A stretch of 64,000 bases of DNA from an uncultured Chloroflexia bacterium (lineage in GTDB: Bacteria > Chloroflexota > Limnocylindria > Limnocylindrales > CSP1-4), in assembly GCA_963763775.1 (NCBI GenBank), contig CAVXPZ010000001.1:288001-352000 (forward strand), written 5' to 3'. How positions within the stretch are numbered: the first letter of the stretch is position 1; each line of letters opens with the position of its first letter. Made by a program: the position numbers and the translations under genes. Below, piece by piece: positions 1 through 11,719 of this stretch. The notes below the pieces were generated by a model. It did no database searches and was not told where the DNA came from. It was given only the letters and a program-made list of their open reading frames with translations.

Positions 1-402
1 CTCGTCGCCGGCGGTGGGACCACCCTCCTGCAGGCGATCCCGGTCCTCGACAAGATCAAGCTCGAGGGTGATGCCCAGGTCGGCGTCGCCATCGTGCGCA
101 AGGCCCTCGAGGCCCCGGCCCGCCAGATCGCCGAGAACGCCGGCGCCCCCGGCGAGGTCATCGTCGAGCACGTCAAGGGCCTCAAGCCCGGCTTCGGCTA
201 CGACGCGCTCAACGGCGAGTACGGCGATCTCTTCAAGAAGGGCATCGTCGACGCCGCCAAGGTGACGCGATCGGCCCTCCAGAACGCCGCATCCATCGCG
301 GCCATGGTCCTCACCACGGAGACCCTCGTCTCGGATCTGCCCGAGAAGAAGGAAGCCGGGGCGGGCGGTGGCCACGACCACGGCGGGGGGATGGACTTCT
401 AG
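1..402 (+). CDS. groEL: Chaperonin GroEL, C-terminal part (5' truncated by window)
   Basis: [27 protein letters not shown] motif; Gly-rich tail [12 protein letters not shown]. Confidence 0.97.
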   Translation, partial: LVAGGGTTLLQAIPVLDKIKLEGDAQVGVAIVRKALEAPARQIAENAGAPGEVIVEHVKGLKPGFGYDALNGEYGDLFKKGIVDAAKVTRSALQNAASIAAMVLTTETLVSDLPEKKEAGAGGGHDHGGGMDF

Positions 403-426
403 GCTTCGGCCTCGTCCACATCGCCT

Positions 427-455
427 CGAAGGCCCCGGCACCGCCGGGGCCTTCG
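427..455 (+). terminator. GC-rich hairpin after groEL
   Basis: Perfect 13-bp stem cgaaggccccggc/gccggggccttcg with 3-nt loop; no clear U-tract. Confidence 0.7.
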
Positions 456-509
456 CGATTCCCGGTCGTGGTACGGTCGAGACCAGGACGGCGACGCGAT
501 GGAGGCGAG

Positions 510-926
510 ATGGATCGGCGGGATGTTGCACGGGTGAGGTCCCTGGCGATGGTCGTCGCCGCGGTCGTGCTGGTCGTGGCCTGCGGCACGAATGGCGGGT
601 CCGCGGCGACGACGACCCTGACCGCGAGTGCGAACGGCACGACGGTCCAGGCGTCCGTCGGTGAGCACCTGCTGATCGGCCTCGAGGCCAACCCGACCAC
701 CGGATACCTCTGGCAGGTCCAGCCCGGGCTCGATCCCGCGGTCGTCAGCTTCGTCGGTCAGGACTACCAGGAAGGCCCGGCCGCGAGCGGCATCGTCGGC
801 GCTGGTGGGACGGACACCCTCGAATTCCTCGCGGCTGGCGCCGGCACGACGACGATCGACCTGGCGTACGCGCGGGCCGGCGGGGCGCCCGCGTCCACGT
901 TCAGCGTCACGGTGGAGGTCAAGTGA
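510..926 (+). CDS. Chagasin-family (I42) cysteine protease inhibitor lipoprotein
   Basis: Lipobox VVAC; ANPTTGYLW and GIVGAGG chagasin motifs; GGAGG at 501-505 before ATG 510. Confidence 0.85.
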   Translation: MDRRDVARVRSLAMVVAAVVLVVACGTNGGSAATTTLTASANGTTVQASVGEHLLIGLEANPTTGYLWQVQPGLDPAVVSFVGQDYQEGPAASGIVGAGGTDTLEFLAAGAGTTTIDLAYARAGGAPASTFSVTVEVK

Positions 927-1025
927 GCGCGCGCCGGCGGCGCCGACCGTTTGACAGGGTCGGCCCGTCACGATGACCCTGACGTGGGTCGTCCACGGGC
1001 GGTCCGCCCGTACGCAAGGAGTCAC

Positions 1026-1814
1026 ATGACCCGCCATCACGCCCCGTTCACCGCCGTCGCGGCGATCGTCGTCCTCCTGGTCGCCGCCTGCGGTGCGGCC
1101 GGCCCGACCCCGACCCCGGACCTGACCGACCCGACGGCCATCGTGACCGCGGCCCTCAAGGCGACCGAGGCCGCCAAGAGCGTCCATATCGATGCGGCCA
1201 TCGACGGTGCCGCGCCCATCTCGATCCCCGGACTGCCCAGCACCGGCGCCCCGATCGACCTGACCGGCACCACCGCCGCGGCTGACGTCGACATCGCGAA
1301 CACCGCCGCGCACGCGACGTTCAACGTCCCCGCGCTGTTCAACCTCTCGGGCGACCTCATCGCGGTCGACGGCAAGGGCTATCTCAAGACCACGATCGGC
1401 GGCGCCCAGTACCAGTCGATCGACCTCGCGACCCTCCCGGTCGATGTCACGAACGTCAAGGGCATGACCGATCAGCTCGGCGACTTCCTCCTGAGCGGCA
1501 AGGTCACCCTCGCCAAGGGCGCCGACGTGGCGTGCGGGTCGGCCCAGTGCTACACGGTCACCGCGAACCTGACCGCCGACGAGCTCGCGGCGCTGCTCGG
1601 CGACGCGGCGGGCGGCCTGCCCATCGACCTCGCCGGGTCGACGCTCGACGTCACCGTGAAGGTCGACAAGGCTGCCCCGAACCACCTGGCCGGCCTCAAG
1701 GTCACGAGCACGTCCTCGGCCGGCGTGCCGCTGACGGCGGACCTGACATTCTCGAAGTGGGACGAGCCGGTCACGGTGACGGCGCCGCCCGCCGACCAGG
1801 TCAAGGCCGGGTAA
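1026..1814 (+). CDS. LppX/LprAFG-like lipoprotein
   Basis: Lipobox LVAAC; KSVHI and FSKWDEPVTVTAPP signatures; AAGGAG SD before ATG. Confidence 0.7.
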   Translation: MTRHHAPFTAVAAIVVLLVAACGAAGPTPTPDLTDPTAIVTAALKATEAAKSVHIDAAIDGAAPISIPGLPSTGAPIDLTGTTAAADVDIANTAAHATFNVPALFNLSGDLIAVDGKGYLKTTIGGAQYQSIDLATLPVDVTNVKGMTDQLGDFLLSGKVTLAKGADVACGSAQCYTVTANLTADELAALLGDAAGGLPIDLAGSTLDVTVKVDKAAPNHLAGLKVTSTSSAGVPLTADLTFSKWDEPVTVTAPPADQVKAG

Positions 1815-1972
1815 GGCCGCCACTCGAGCGCCGCCTCGATCCTCACGGCGCAAGCCCGGTCCGGCCGAACGTGGGACCATCAGCCCGTTGACGCGTCGTG
1901 CGCCCGGACGCCAACCTGTCGCGGTCATCGAGCTCAGCCGATGGCCCAGCGAAGATCGACCAGAGGAACCCC

Positions 1973-2839
1973 ATGACCCGTCGAACCCTGTTCCCGTCGC
2001 TCGTGCTCGCCGTCGTCGCCATCGTCGCGGCGGCTTGTTCTGCGACCCCTGCCGCGTCGCCGGTGAGCGACCCGGCCGAGATCCTGACCCAGTCGATCGC
2101 GTCGCTCAAGGACGTCAAGACGCTCCAGGTCCACGGCGACATCGCCGGCAAGCTGTCCCTCGCGCAGATGGGCGGCGCCATCGATCTGGCTGGGACCACC
2201 GTCGACGTCGCGGTCGACATCCCGAACAAGGCGGTCCACCTGAACCTCGCGGCGCCATCGTTCATGGGCACGGCCATCGAAGCCATCGTCGTGGACTCGA
2301 AGGCGTACCTCAAGCTGGCCGGGCCGCTCGCCGGTCTCCTTGGGACCGGCGCCGGCGACAAGTACCTCGTCACCGACGTCACGCCCACCGCCGACGGCGC
2401 CAGCCCGGCGCCGTCGATGGACCCGGCTGCCGCCATCGACCAGCTGCGCGACCAGATCGCCAAGCTCCCGGTGGCCCCCACCAAGCTCCCCGACGAGAAG
2501 TGCGGCGATGTGGACTGCTACCACGTCCAGATCCACGCGGACAGCTCGGCGCTCTCCGGTCTCGGCAGCTCGATCCTGCCGGGGGCCGGGTCATCGGGCG
2601 CGCCGTCGGCGGCGCCTGATGCGAGCTCCGGCTCCGGCGACGTCACCGTCGATATCTGGTCGCGCAAGACCGACATGCGCCCGGCCAAGGTCACCTTGAC
2701 GGCGGCCACGCCCGATTCCGGGAACCTGACGGCGACGTTCACGTTCACGTACGACCAGGGCGCGAGCATCACCGCCCCTCCGGCGGACCAGACGGCTCCG
2801 ATGCCCTCGTTCGATCTGCCGGCGATGCCGGCGTCCTAG
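1973..2839 (+). CDS. LppX/LprAFG-like lipoprotein, paralog of upstream gene
   Basis: Lipobox VAAAC; shares IDLxGTT, CGxxxCY and TAPPADQ with the upstream gene. Confidence 0.7.
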   Translation: MTRRTLFPSLVLAVVAIVAAACSATPAASPVSDPAEILTQSIASLKDVKTLQVHGDIAGKLSLAQMGGAIDLAGTTVDVAVDIPNKAVHLNLAAPSFMGTAIEAIVVDSKAYLKLAGPLAGLLGTGAGDKYLVTDVTPTADGASPAPSMDPAAAIDQLRDQIAKLPVAPTKLPDEKCGDVDCYHVQIHADSSALSGLGSSILPGAGSSGAPSAAPDASSGSGDVTVDIWSRKTDMRPAKVTLTAATPDSGNLTATFTFTYDQGASITAPPADQTAPMPSFDLPAMPAS

Positions 2840-2866
2840 GACCAAGCCACCGTACCGAGCGCCAGG

Positions 2867-2897
2867 CAGGGCGGGCATCCAGGGGGTGCCCGCCCTG
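2867..2897 (+). terminator. Hairpin after lipoprotein genes
   Basis: 14-bp stem cagggcgggcatcc/gggtgcccgccctg with one G-U pair. Confidence 0.6.
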
Positions 2898-2942
2898 TGC
2901 GTGATGGCGGGCCGGGTAAGGCCGCCGACCTACAATGGCGGG

Positions 2943-5618
2943 GTGAGCCCCACCCGTCGTCGCCGGCCCGGCGATCCCACGCTCGACGATGCCGCCGCGG
3001 CCGCGGCGGAGACGGTCGGCACGGCGTTCGCGGACGTCGACGAGGCCGCGCCGCCCCCGGAGGAACCGGCGTGGATGGTCGAGGCCCCGGTCGGCCGGGA
3101 TGACCCGACGGCACCGGCGCCAGCGGCCGATCCGGCCGCGGTCGAGGCACGACGCCGGGAGCGCGCGGAGGAGATCGTCCGCGCCCTCAACCCCGAGCAG
3201 GCCCGGGCCGTCACGACGACGGAGGGTCCGCTCCTGATCCTGGCCGGGGCCGGCTCAGGGAAGACGCGCGTGCTCGCGCACCGGATCGCCTACCTCGTCG
3301 GGGTCAAGGGCGTCGCCCCGTGGCGCATCCTCGCGGTGACCTTCACGAACCGGGCGGCGGCCGAACTCCGCGAGCGGATCATCAGCCTGGTCGGCGAGGG
3401 CGGTCGGGACGTCCAGGCGGGCACGTTCCACGCGCTGTGCGCGCGGGTCCTGCGCGCCGACGGGGAGGCGATCGGGGTCGGGCGGCGGTTCGTGATCTAC
3501 GACACCGACGACCAGCAGTCGCTGATGAAGCAGATCCTCCGCGAGGAGGACATGCCGCTGACCGGCGAGTTCCGCCCGAGCGCGGTGCTCGGGGCGATCA
3601 GCCGGTCCAAGAACGAGATGCTCGACCCGGGGTTCCTGACCGAGAACGCGTCCAACCACCGCGAGCGGACGATCGCGCGCCTGGCGGGCCGCTACCAGGA
3701 GCGCCTCCGCAAGTCGGGCGCCCTCGACTTCGACGACCTGCTGCTGGAGGCGGTCCGGCTGTTCCAGGAGGCGCCCGAGGTCCTCGCGAAGTACCAGGAG
3801 AAGTGGCGCTACCTCCACGTCGACGAGTACCAGGACACGAACCGGGCGCAATACCTGTGGGTCCGGGCGCTCGCCGAGAAGTACGGCAACCTCGCGGTCG
3901 TCGGCGACGACGACCAGTCGATCTACAGCTGGCGCGGGGCGGACCTGCGCAACATCCTCGACTTCGAGCGGGACTGGCCGACGGCCACGGTCGTCAAGCT
4001 CGAGCAGAACTACCGCTCGACGCAGCTGATCCTCGACGCGGCCCACGCGGTGGTGTCGCGGAACAGCGCGCGCAAGGACAAGAAGCTCTGGACCGAGAAC
4101 GCGGGCGGCGTGAAGATCCAGCGCTTCGAGGCCTACAACGAGGAGGAGGAAGCCGAGTGGATCGCCCGCCAGGTCGAGAGCCTGACCGGCGGACGCGGCA
4201 GCGCCCTGACGCGACGCGCGGACGACGACGACCTCGCCACGCGGGTCCGGGCTCGGGACGTCGCGGTCATGTACCGGATGAACGCCCAGTCCAGGGCGAT
4301 CGAGGAATCGTTCCTGCGGTATGGGATCCGCTACCAGCTCGTCGGCGGCACCCGGTTCTACGCGCGGCGCGAGGTCAAGGACGCGCTCGCGTACCTGCGG
4401 GTCCTCCGATCGGACACCGACAGCGTCAGCTTCGAGCGGATCATCAACGTGCCGGCGCGGGCGATCGGGGAGAAGACCATCGAGGCCCTCCGGGTCGCGG
4501 CCGCCCGTGAGGGCGGCTCGACATGGGGCGCCATCGAAGCGGCCGCGCGCGGTGAGCTCCCGGCGCTGGCGCCCCGCGCGAGGACGGCGCTCGCGGACTT
4601 CGCGGGGCTCGTCCGGCGTCTGCGGGCCCGCGTCGGCGTCCTCGCCCTGCCGGAACTGCTCGACGAGGCCCTCGAGGCGTCCGGCTACCGCGCGATGCTC
4701 GCGGACGGCTCCGAGGACGGCGAGGAGCGCTGGGCGAACCTGCTCGAGCTGCGCGCGGTCACGACACGCTACGACGACCTCACGCCCGACGACGCGCTCG
4801 ACCGGCTCCTCGAGGAGACGGCGCTCGTCGCCGACCAGGACTCGTACGAGGGCGACGCCGACGCCGTGACGCTCATCACCCTGCACGCGGCCAAGGGCCT
4901 CGAGTTCCCGGTCGTCTTCATCGCCGGACTCGAGGAGGGCCTGTTCCCGCACAGTCGCGCGCTCGACGACGAGCGCGAGCTCGAGGAGGAGCGCCGGCTC
5001 GCCTATGTCGGCATCACGCGGGCGAAGCGACGGCTGTATCTGTCGCACGCGTGGCGACGCGCGACGTGGGGCATGGGCCAGGCCGCGGTCCCGTCGCGGT
5101 TCCTGCTGGAGATCCCGGCCGAGCTGATGGTCGGGCCGCAGCTCGGGGCAGGGACCGACGATCGCGACCTCGACCTCGACCTCGTCTTCGGTGCGCGGCG
5201 GACGTCCCGATTCGGCACGCCGACGCGAGGGTCCGGCCCGGCCTACCGGCAGGGGAGTGGCCGCCCCGGTGCGCCCGCGGACGGCGAGACGTTCCGCCCG
5301 TCGCGGGACCTCGCCGCCAAGCGAGACGCGTACGGGGAGGGGGCGAGATCAGGCTCGTTGGCCCGGCCGATCCGGGCGTGGGATGACGCCCTCGACGCCC
5401 CGCCGGCGCCGCCACGACCGGCTGGCCGGCCCGTCATCCCCGGCGAGCGGCAGTTCCGCGACGGCGACCGCGTGCGCCACGGCCGGTGGGGCGACGGCAT
5501 CGTGGTCACCTCCAAGCTGACCCGGAGCGACGAGGAGGTCACGGTCGCGTTCAAGGATCCCGCTGTGGGGCGCAAGCAGATGCTCGCGAGCCTCGCCAAC
5601 CTCGAGATCGTGGGTTGA
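2943..5618 (+). CDS. pcrA: ATP-dependent DNA helicase PcrA/UvrD
   Basis: AGAGSGKT, VDEYQDTN, VGDDDQSIY, LEQNYRST, TLHAAKGLEF, EERRLAYVGITRA; C-terminal Tudor-like domain; start inferred from TACAAT 6 nt upstream. Confidence 0.95.
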   Translation: MSPTRRRRPGDPTLDDAAAAAAETVGTAFADVDEAAPPPEEPAWMVEAPVGRDDPTAPAPAADPAAVEARRRERAEEIVRALNPEQARAVTTTEGPLLILAGAGSGKTRVLAHRIAYLVGVKGVAPWRILAVTFTNRAAAELRERIISLVGEGGRDVQAGTFHALCARVLRADGEAIGVGRRFVIYDTDDQQSLMKQILREEDMPLTGEFRPSAVLGAISRSKNEMLDPGFLTENASNHRERTIARLAGRYQERLRKSGALDFDDLLLEAVRLFQEAPEVLAKYQEKWRYLHVDEYQDTNRAQYLWVRALAEKYGNLAVVGDDDQSIYSWRGADLRNILDFERDWPTATVVKLEQNYRSTQLILDAAHAVVSRNSARKDKKLWTENAGGVKIQRFEAYNEEEEAEWIARQVESLTGGRGSALTRRADDDDLATRVRARDVAVMYRMNAQSRAIEESFLRYGIRYQLVGGTRFYARREVKDALAYLRVLRSDTDSVSFERIINVPARAIGEKTIEALRVAAAREGGSTWGAIEAAARGELPALAPRARTALADFAGLVRRLRARVGVLALPELLDEALEASGYRAMLADGSEDGEERWANLLELRAVTTRYDDLTPDDALDRLLEETALVADQDSYEGDADAVTLITLHAAKGLEFPVVFIAGLEEGLFPHSRALDDERELEEERRLAYVGITRAKRRLYLSHAWRRATWGMGQAAVPSRFLLEIPAELMVGPQLGAGTDDRDLDLDLVFGARRTSRFGTPTRGSGPAYRQGSGRPGAPADGETFRPSRDLAAKRDAYGEGARSGSLARPIRAWDDALDAPPAPPRPAGRPVIPGERQFRDGDRVRHGRWGDGIVVTSKLTRSDEEVTVAFKDPAVGRKQMLASLANLEIVG

Positions 5619-6727
5619 CGCTCGACACGGCCGCCCTGCAGGGCATCGTCTCGCTCGCCGACTTCGAGGCCCCGGCCCGCGCCGCCATGGACCCCATGGC
5701 GCACGAGTACGTGGCCGGCGGCGCATGGGAGGAGATCACCCTGGCCGAGAACGAGGCGTCGTGGCGCCGGCGGCGACTCAGGCCGCGCGTCCTCGTCGAT
5801 GTCTCGGCCGTCCGCACGGACACGACCCTGCTTGGGACGCCCGTCTCGATGCCGGTCGCGATCGCGCCGATGGCGACGCAGGCGTTGGCCCATCCCGAGG
5901 CCGAGTCGGCGATGGCTCGGGCCGCCGGGGCGGCCGGCATCCCGATGATCCTCTCGACCACCTCGTCGCAGTCGATCGAGACGGTGGCCGCCGCGGCTCC
6001 GGACGCCACCCGCTGGTTCCAGCTCTATGTGCAGGCCGACATGGGCATCACCCGCTCGCTCGTCGAGCGCGCGGCGGCCGCCGGCTATCGCGCGGTCGTC
6101 GTCACCGTCGATCTGCCGGTGCTCGGGTACCGCGAACGCGATCGGCGGTCCGGGTTCGAACTGCCGGCGCTCGGCAACTTCGTCGAGACCGCCGCGACCC
6201 ACGGCAACCACGCGGCCGACGGGCTCGCGCCGGGCTTCGAGCAGCTGACGGACACCCTGTCCACGAGCCTGACGTGGGCGGACCTCGCGACGATCCGCTC
6301 GTGGTCGCCGCTGCCGATGGTCCTCAAGGGCGTCCTGGCGGCCGAGGACGCCCGACTCGCCGTCGAGCACGGCGTCGACGGCATCGTGGTGAGCAACCAC
6401 GGGGCTCGGCAACTGGACCGCGTCCAGGCCAGCGCGGACGCGCTCGCACCGGTCGTGTCCGCGGCCGACGGTCGGCTCGAGGTCTGGGTGGACGGCGGCG
6501 TCCGCCGCGGCCTCGATATCGTCATCGCGCTCGCCCTCGGGGCCAAGGGGGTCCTGCTCGGCCGGCCGGCGTACTGGGCGCTGGCCGCCGCGGGCCAGGC
6601 CGGTGTCGAGCGCGCGCTGGCCGTCCTCCGCGAGGAGATGGAGGTGGCACTGGCGCTCCTCGGGGCTCCGACACCCGCCGACGTGCATGCCGAGCACCTC
6701 GTCGAGACCGGTCCCGAGCCTCGCTGA
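5615..6727 (+). CDS. FMN-dependent alpha-hydroxy acid oxidase/dehydrogenase
   Basis: WFQLY, TVDLP, SNHGARQLD, DGGVRRGLD motifs; TTG start overlaps the pcrA stop. Confidence 0.92.
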   Translation: MTLDTAALQGIVSLADFEAPARAAMDPMAHEYVAGGAWEEITLAENEASWRRRRLRPRVLVDVSAVRTDTTLLGTPVSMPVAIAPMATQALAHPEAESAMARAAGAAGIPMILSTTSSQSIETVAAAAPDATRWFQLYVQADMGITRSLVERAAAAGYRAVVVTVDLPVLGYRERDRRSGFELPALGNFVETAATHGNHAADGLAPGFEQLTDTLSTSLTWADLATIRSWSPLPMVLKGVLAAEDARLAVEHGVDGIVVSNHGARQLDRVQASADALAPVVSAADGRLEVWVDGGVRRGLDIVIALALGAKGVLLGRPAYWALAAAGQAGVERALAVLREEMEVALALLGAPTPADVHAEHLVETGPEPR

Positions 6728-6872
6728 ACGACCCCGGAACGCGACCGGGGCGCTACCCGGCCGCTGTCGACCGCATCGCGCGTCCTGGGGCAGGGTGAAG
6801 GCCGAGCGATCCGATCCACGGGGCCTGACGACCGCTCGCTTCCCCTTCTGACCGACCCCTTGAGGTACCACC

Positions 6873-7100
6873 ATGTTCGAACGCGCCAAGGCGCTGGACG
6901 TGATCGAGAACGCCCTCGACACGGATCCCTACTGTCACGTGTGCGGTTCGCCGACCACCATCACCGACCACGACGGACACCTCGTCCTCGAGTGCGCCGC
7001 CGCGGAGTCGCCCGAGGGGCTGATGGCCCGCATCGCGGCGTTCGTCCTGCCGCACACGCGCCACGAGATCATCGACCTGTCCGAGGGGATCGCCGCCTGA
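6873..7100 (+). CDS. Small hypothetical protein, putative zinc-binding
   Basis: Strong G/C third-position codon bias; SD-like GAGGT; CHVC plus later Cys/His. Confidence 0.7.
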   Translation: MFERAKALDVIENALDTDPYCHVCGSPTTITDHDGHLVLECAAAESPEGLMARIAAFVLPHTRHEIIDLSEGIAA

Positions 7101-9316
<2,216 letters not shown>

Positions 9317-9317
<1 letters not shown>

Positions 9318-9853
9318 TGTCGAGTCCGGATCCGGTCCGCGAGGCCGCGGCCTATCAGGCGTCGTTACTGGCGGCGCTCGGCGACGACGATCCGGCGGTC
9401 GCCCAGGCCTCGACCGCGGCGGTCGTGCGGGCGCTGGTCGACGACGCGGGCGCGGACCTGTGGACCCGGCCGGAGCCGGGCGAGTGGTCCGTCCTCGGCT
9501 GCATCGACCACATCGTGGACGCCGAGCTCGTCATGGCGGGCCGCTATCGCTGGACCATCGCGCACGACGAGCCCGAGATCATCGGCTACGACCAGGACCT
9601 CTGGGTCGACCGGCTCCACCGACCTGACGAGGACCCGGCGTCGCTGTTGGCGCTCTTCGGGGCGTTGCGGACCGCGAACCTCGCCCTTTGGGGACAGACG
9701 ACGCCGGTCGAACGGGCCAGGATCGCCGTGCATCGGGAACGCGGGCCGGAGAGCGTCGACCTGATGTTCCGGATGATCGGCGGCCACGACCGGGTCCACC
9801 TGGCCCAGGCGCGCCGAGCCCTGGCCGCCGTCCGGGCTGGCGATCCGAGCTAG
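9317..9853 (+). CDS. DinB/YfiT-family protein
   Basis: PEPGEWSV..HIVDAE, YDQDLW, GHDRVHL motifs; TGATG coupling to ligA. Confidence 0.85.
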
Positions 9854-10377
9854 GCGCTACGCCTCGCGTAGCGCTCCATCAGCTCGCTGACCGCCGTGCG
9901 CGCGGCGGCCCACTCGGGCTGGTCGCCGAAGATGTCGGCACCCGCGCCCCAGCGGCGCAGCTGGGTCATCGCCGTGACGATCGCGTCATGCGCGAGCTGC
10001 CGCTGGCGTCCCGCCTCGACCTGGCCCGTGACGAGGTACCGGCGGACGACGTCGAACGGCGCGGTCCATCGGCCGACGCGCAGCCGGTCACCCTCGCGGA
10101 GCGTCTCCAGCCAGTCGTCGTCGCCGACGGGATGGCGCTCGTGCTCGGCCTGGTGTCGGACCAGGTCGACGCGGAGGCCGACGTGGTCGAGGCTCGGCAA
10201 GCGACCGTCGTCATCGACGATCACGTAGCAGACGGGGCAGACCGGCAACTCGACGTCGCCGGGCGGGGGAGCGCCGTACGGCAGGCCGCATCGACGGCAG
10301 AAGGTCGCGTCGGCGCGAGCCGACGGGGTGCCGCAGCGGAGGCAGGCCAGGACGAGCGTCTCGGGAGGTCGAGCCAC
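9850..10377 (-). CDS. Hypothetical zinc-ribbon protein
   Basis: CLRC..FCRRC double ribbon plus CPVC and HQAEH. Confidence 0.7.
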   Translation of the reverse strand: MARPPETLVLACLRCGTPSARADATFCRRCGLPYGAPPPGDVELPVCPVCYVIVDDDGRLPSLDHVGLRVDLVRHQAEHERHPVGDDDWLETLREGDRLRVGRWTAPFDVVRRYLVTGQVEAGRQRQLAHDAIVTAMTQLRRWGAGADIFGDQPEWAAARTAVSELMERYARRSA

Positions 10378-10466
10378 GATGCCAAGGGTGCGACCGCGGA
10401 CCGCGTCGCCACCATCACCCCATCGGGTCGCCGCGGCCGCCAGGAGTCATGGATCGGTGCGTCAGG

Positions 10467-11308
10467 TCAACCGAGCGCGTGGTTGAACTGCCCCCAGACG
10501 GCGGTCGGCTCCCAGTGGAGCGGGTCGCCCCGGATCAGCCGCGGCGCGCGCCACGCCTCGGTCCAGCCAGCCGCCGCCAGTCGCGCGGCCCCGACGGCGT
10601 TCTCGCGGAGGATGCCCGCTCGAACCCGGCGCTCGGGCCCCGCGGCACGCCGCCGGGCCTCGAGGATGGCCATCGCGACATCCGCGTCCGGGGCGATCGT
10701 CGCGCCACCGCCCCATGGCGCCCGGACCACGAACCCGGCCGAGGTGGCCGGGCGTCGTCGTCGAGCAGCCGCGTCGAGTCGGGCGTCGCGAACGCCTCGA
10801 GCAGGTGGCGTCGGTCCTCGCCGGTCGCCGCAGCGTCGAGGGCCGCCATCGCGGCGAGGTCGTCGGCCCGGAACGGGCGGATCCGCGGATCGACGGGACC
10901 GACCGGAAGGCCCGCGGCTTCCATCGTCAGGTACCAGGTGGCGACCTCGAACCCGATGCGCTCGTAGAGCGGCCGGCCGGCATCGGTCGCGACGAGGACG
11001 ATCGTCCGGCAGCCGGCCGACTCGGCCTGCTCGATGACCGTCCGGGTGAGCGCCATCCCGACCCCGTCGCGACGGCGCTCCGGCGCGACCCAGACCGTGC
11101 CGACCCAGCCGACCGACCCGTTGACGGACGCGACGGCCGTCGCGAAGGCTCGGCCGTCCTCGTCGACGGCGACCGCGGCGCGACATGCCGGGTGCGTCGC
11201 CACGAAGCGGAGCCACGTGCGGCGGTCGCCCCAGTCGTCGGCGAGGATCATGGCCGTCAGGCCGTCGATGTCGGGGAGCGCCATCGGACGGATCATGGCG
11301 GTGGCCAT
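10467..11308 (-). CDS. GNAT-family acetyltransferase (frameshift near 10750)
   Basis: VWVAPERRRDGVG and ATDAGRPLYERIGF in one frame; C-terminal domain continues in the 10467 frame. Confidence 0.85.
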
Positions 11309-11345
11309 GGCCGAGCATCCTACGTCGCCGGCGATGCCGGGTCGT

Positions 11346-11371
11346 CCGGTCCGGACGGTCGTCCGGACCGG
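11346..11371. repeat. 26-bp palindrome between divergent GNAT and gatC
   Basis: ccggtccggacg-gt-cgtccggaccgg with perfect 12-bp arms. Confidence 0.6.
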
Positions 11372-11392
11372 CTCGTCGGCTATCATCGACCT

Positions 11393-11689
11393 GTGGCCAC
11401 CCTGACCCGCGCCGACGTCGAGCACGTCGCCTACCTCGCCCGCCTCGGCCTGTCGGAGGCCGAACTCGAGCGCCTCGAGGGGCAGCTCAACCACATCCTC
11501 GACCAGTACGCGATCCTCGCGGCGGTGCCGACCGACCACATCGCCCCGACCGCCCAGACGATCGAGCTCGAGAACATCCTGCGTGACGACGTCGTCACGC
11601 CGTCGCTCACGGCCGACGACGTCCGGGCCAACGCGGCCGAGCACGACGGCGACTACATCGTCGTGCCCGCGATCCTGGGCGGCGAGTGA
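11393..11689 (+). CDS. gatC: Asp/Glu-tRNA amidotransferase subunit C
   Basis: LTRADVEHVAYLARL, NILRDD, YIVVPAIL; directly upstream of gatA. Confidence 0.93.
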   Translation: MATLTRADVEHVAYLARLGLSEAELERLEGQLNHILDQYAILAAVPTDHIAPTAQTIELENILRDDVVTPSLTADDVRANAAEHDGDYIVVPAILGGE

Positions 11690-11719
11690 CGCCTCGCCCG
11701 GTCTGATCGAGCCCGACCG

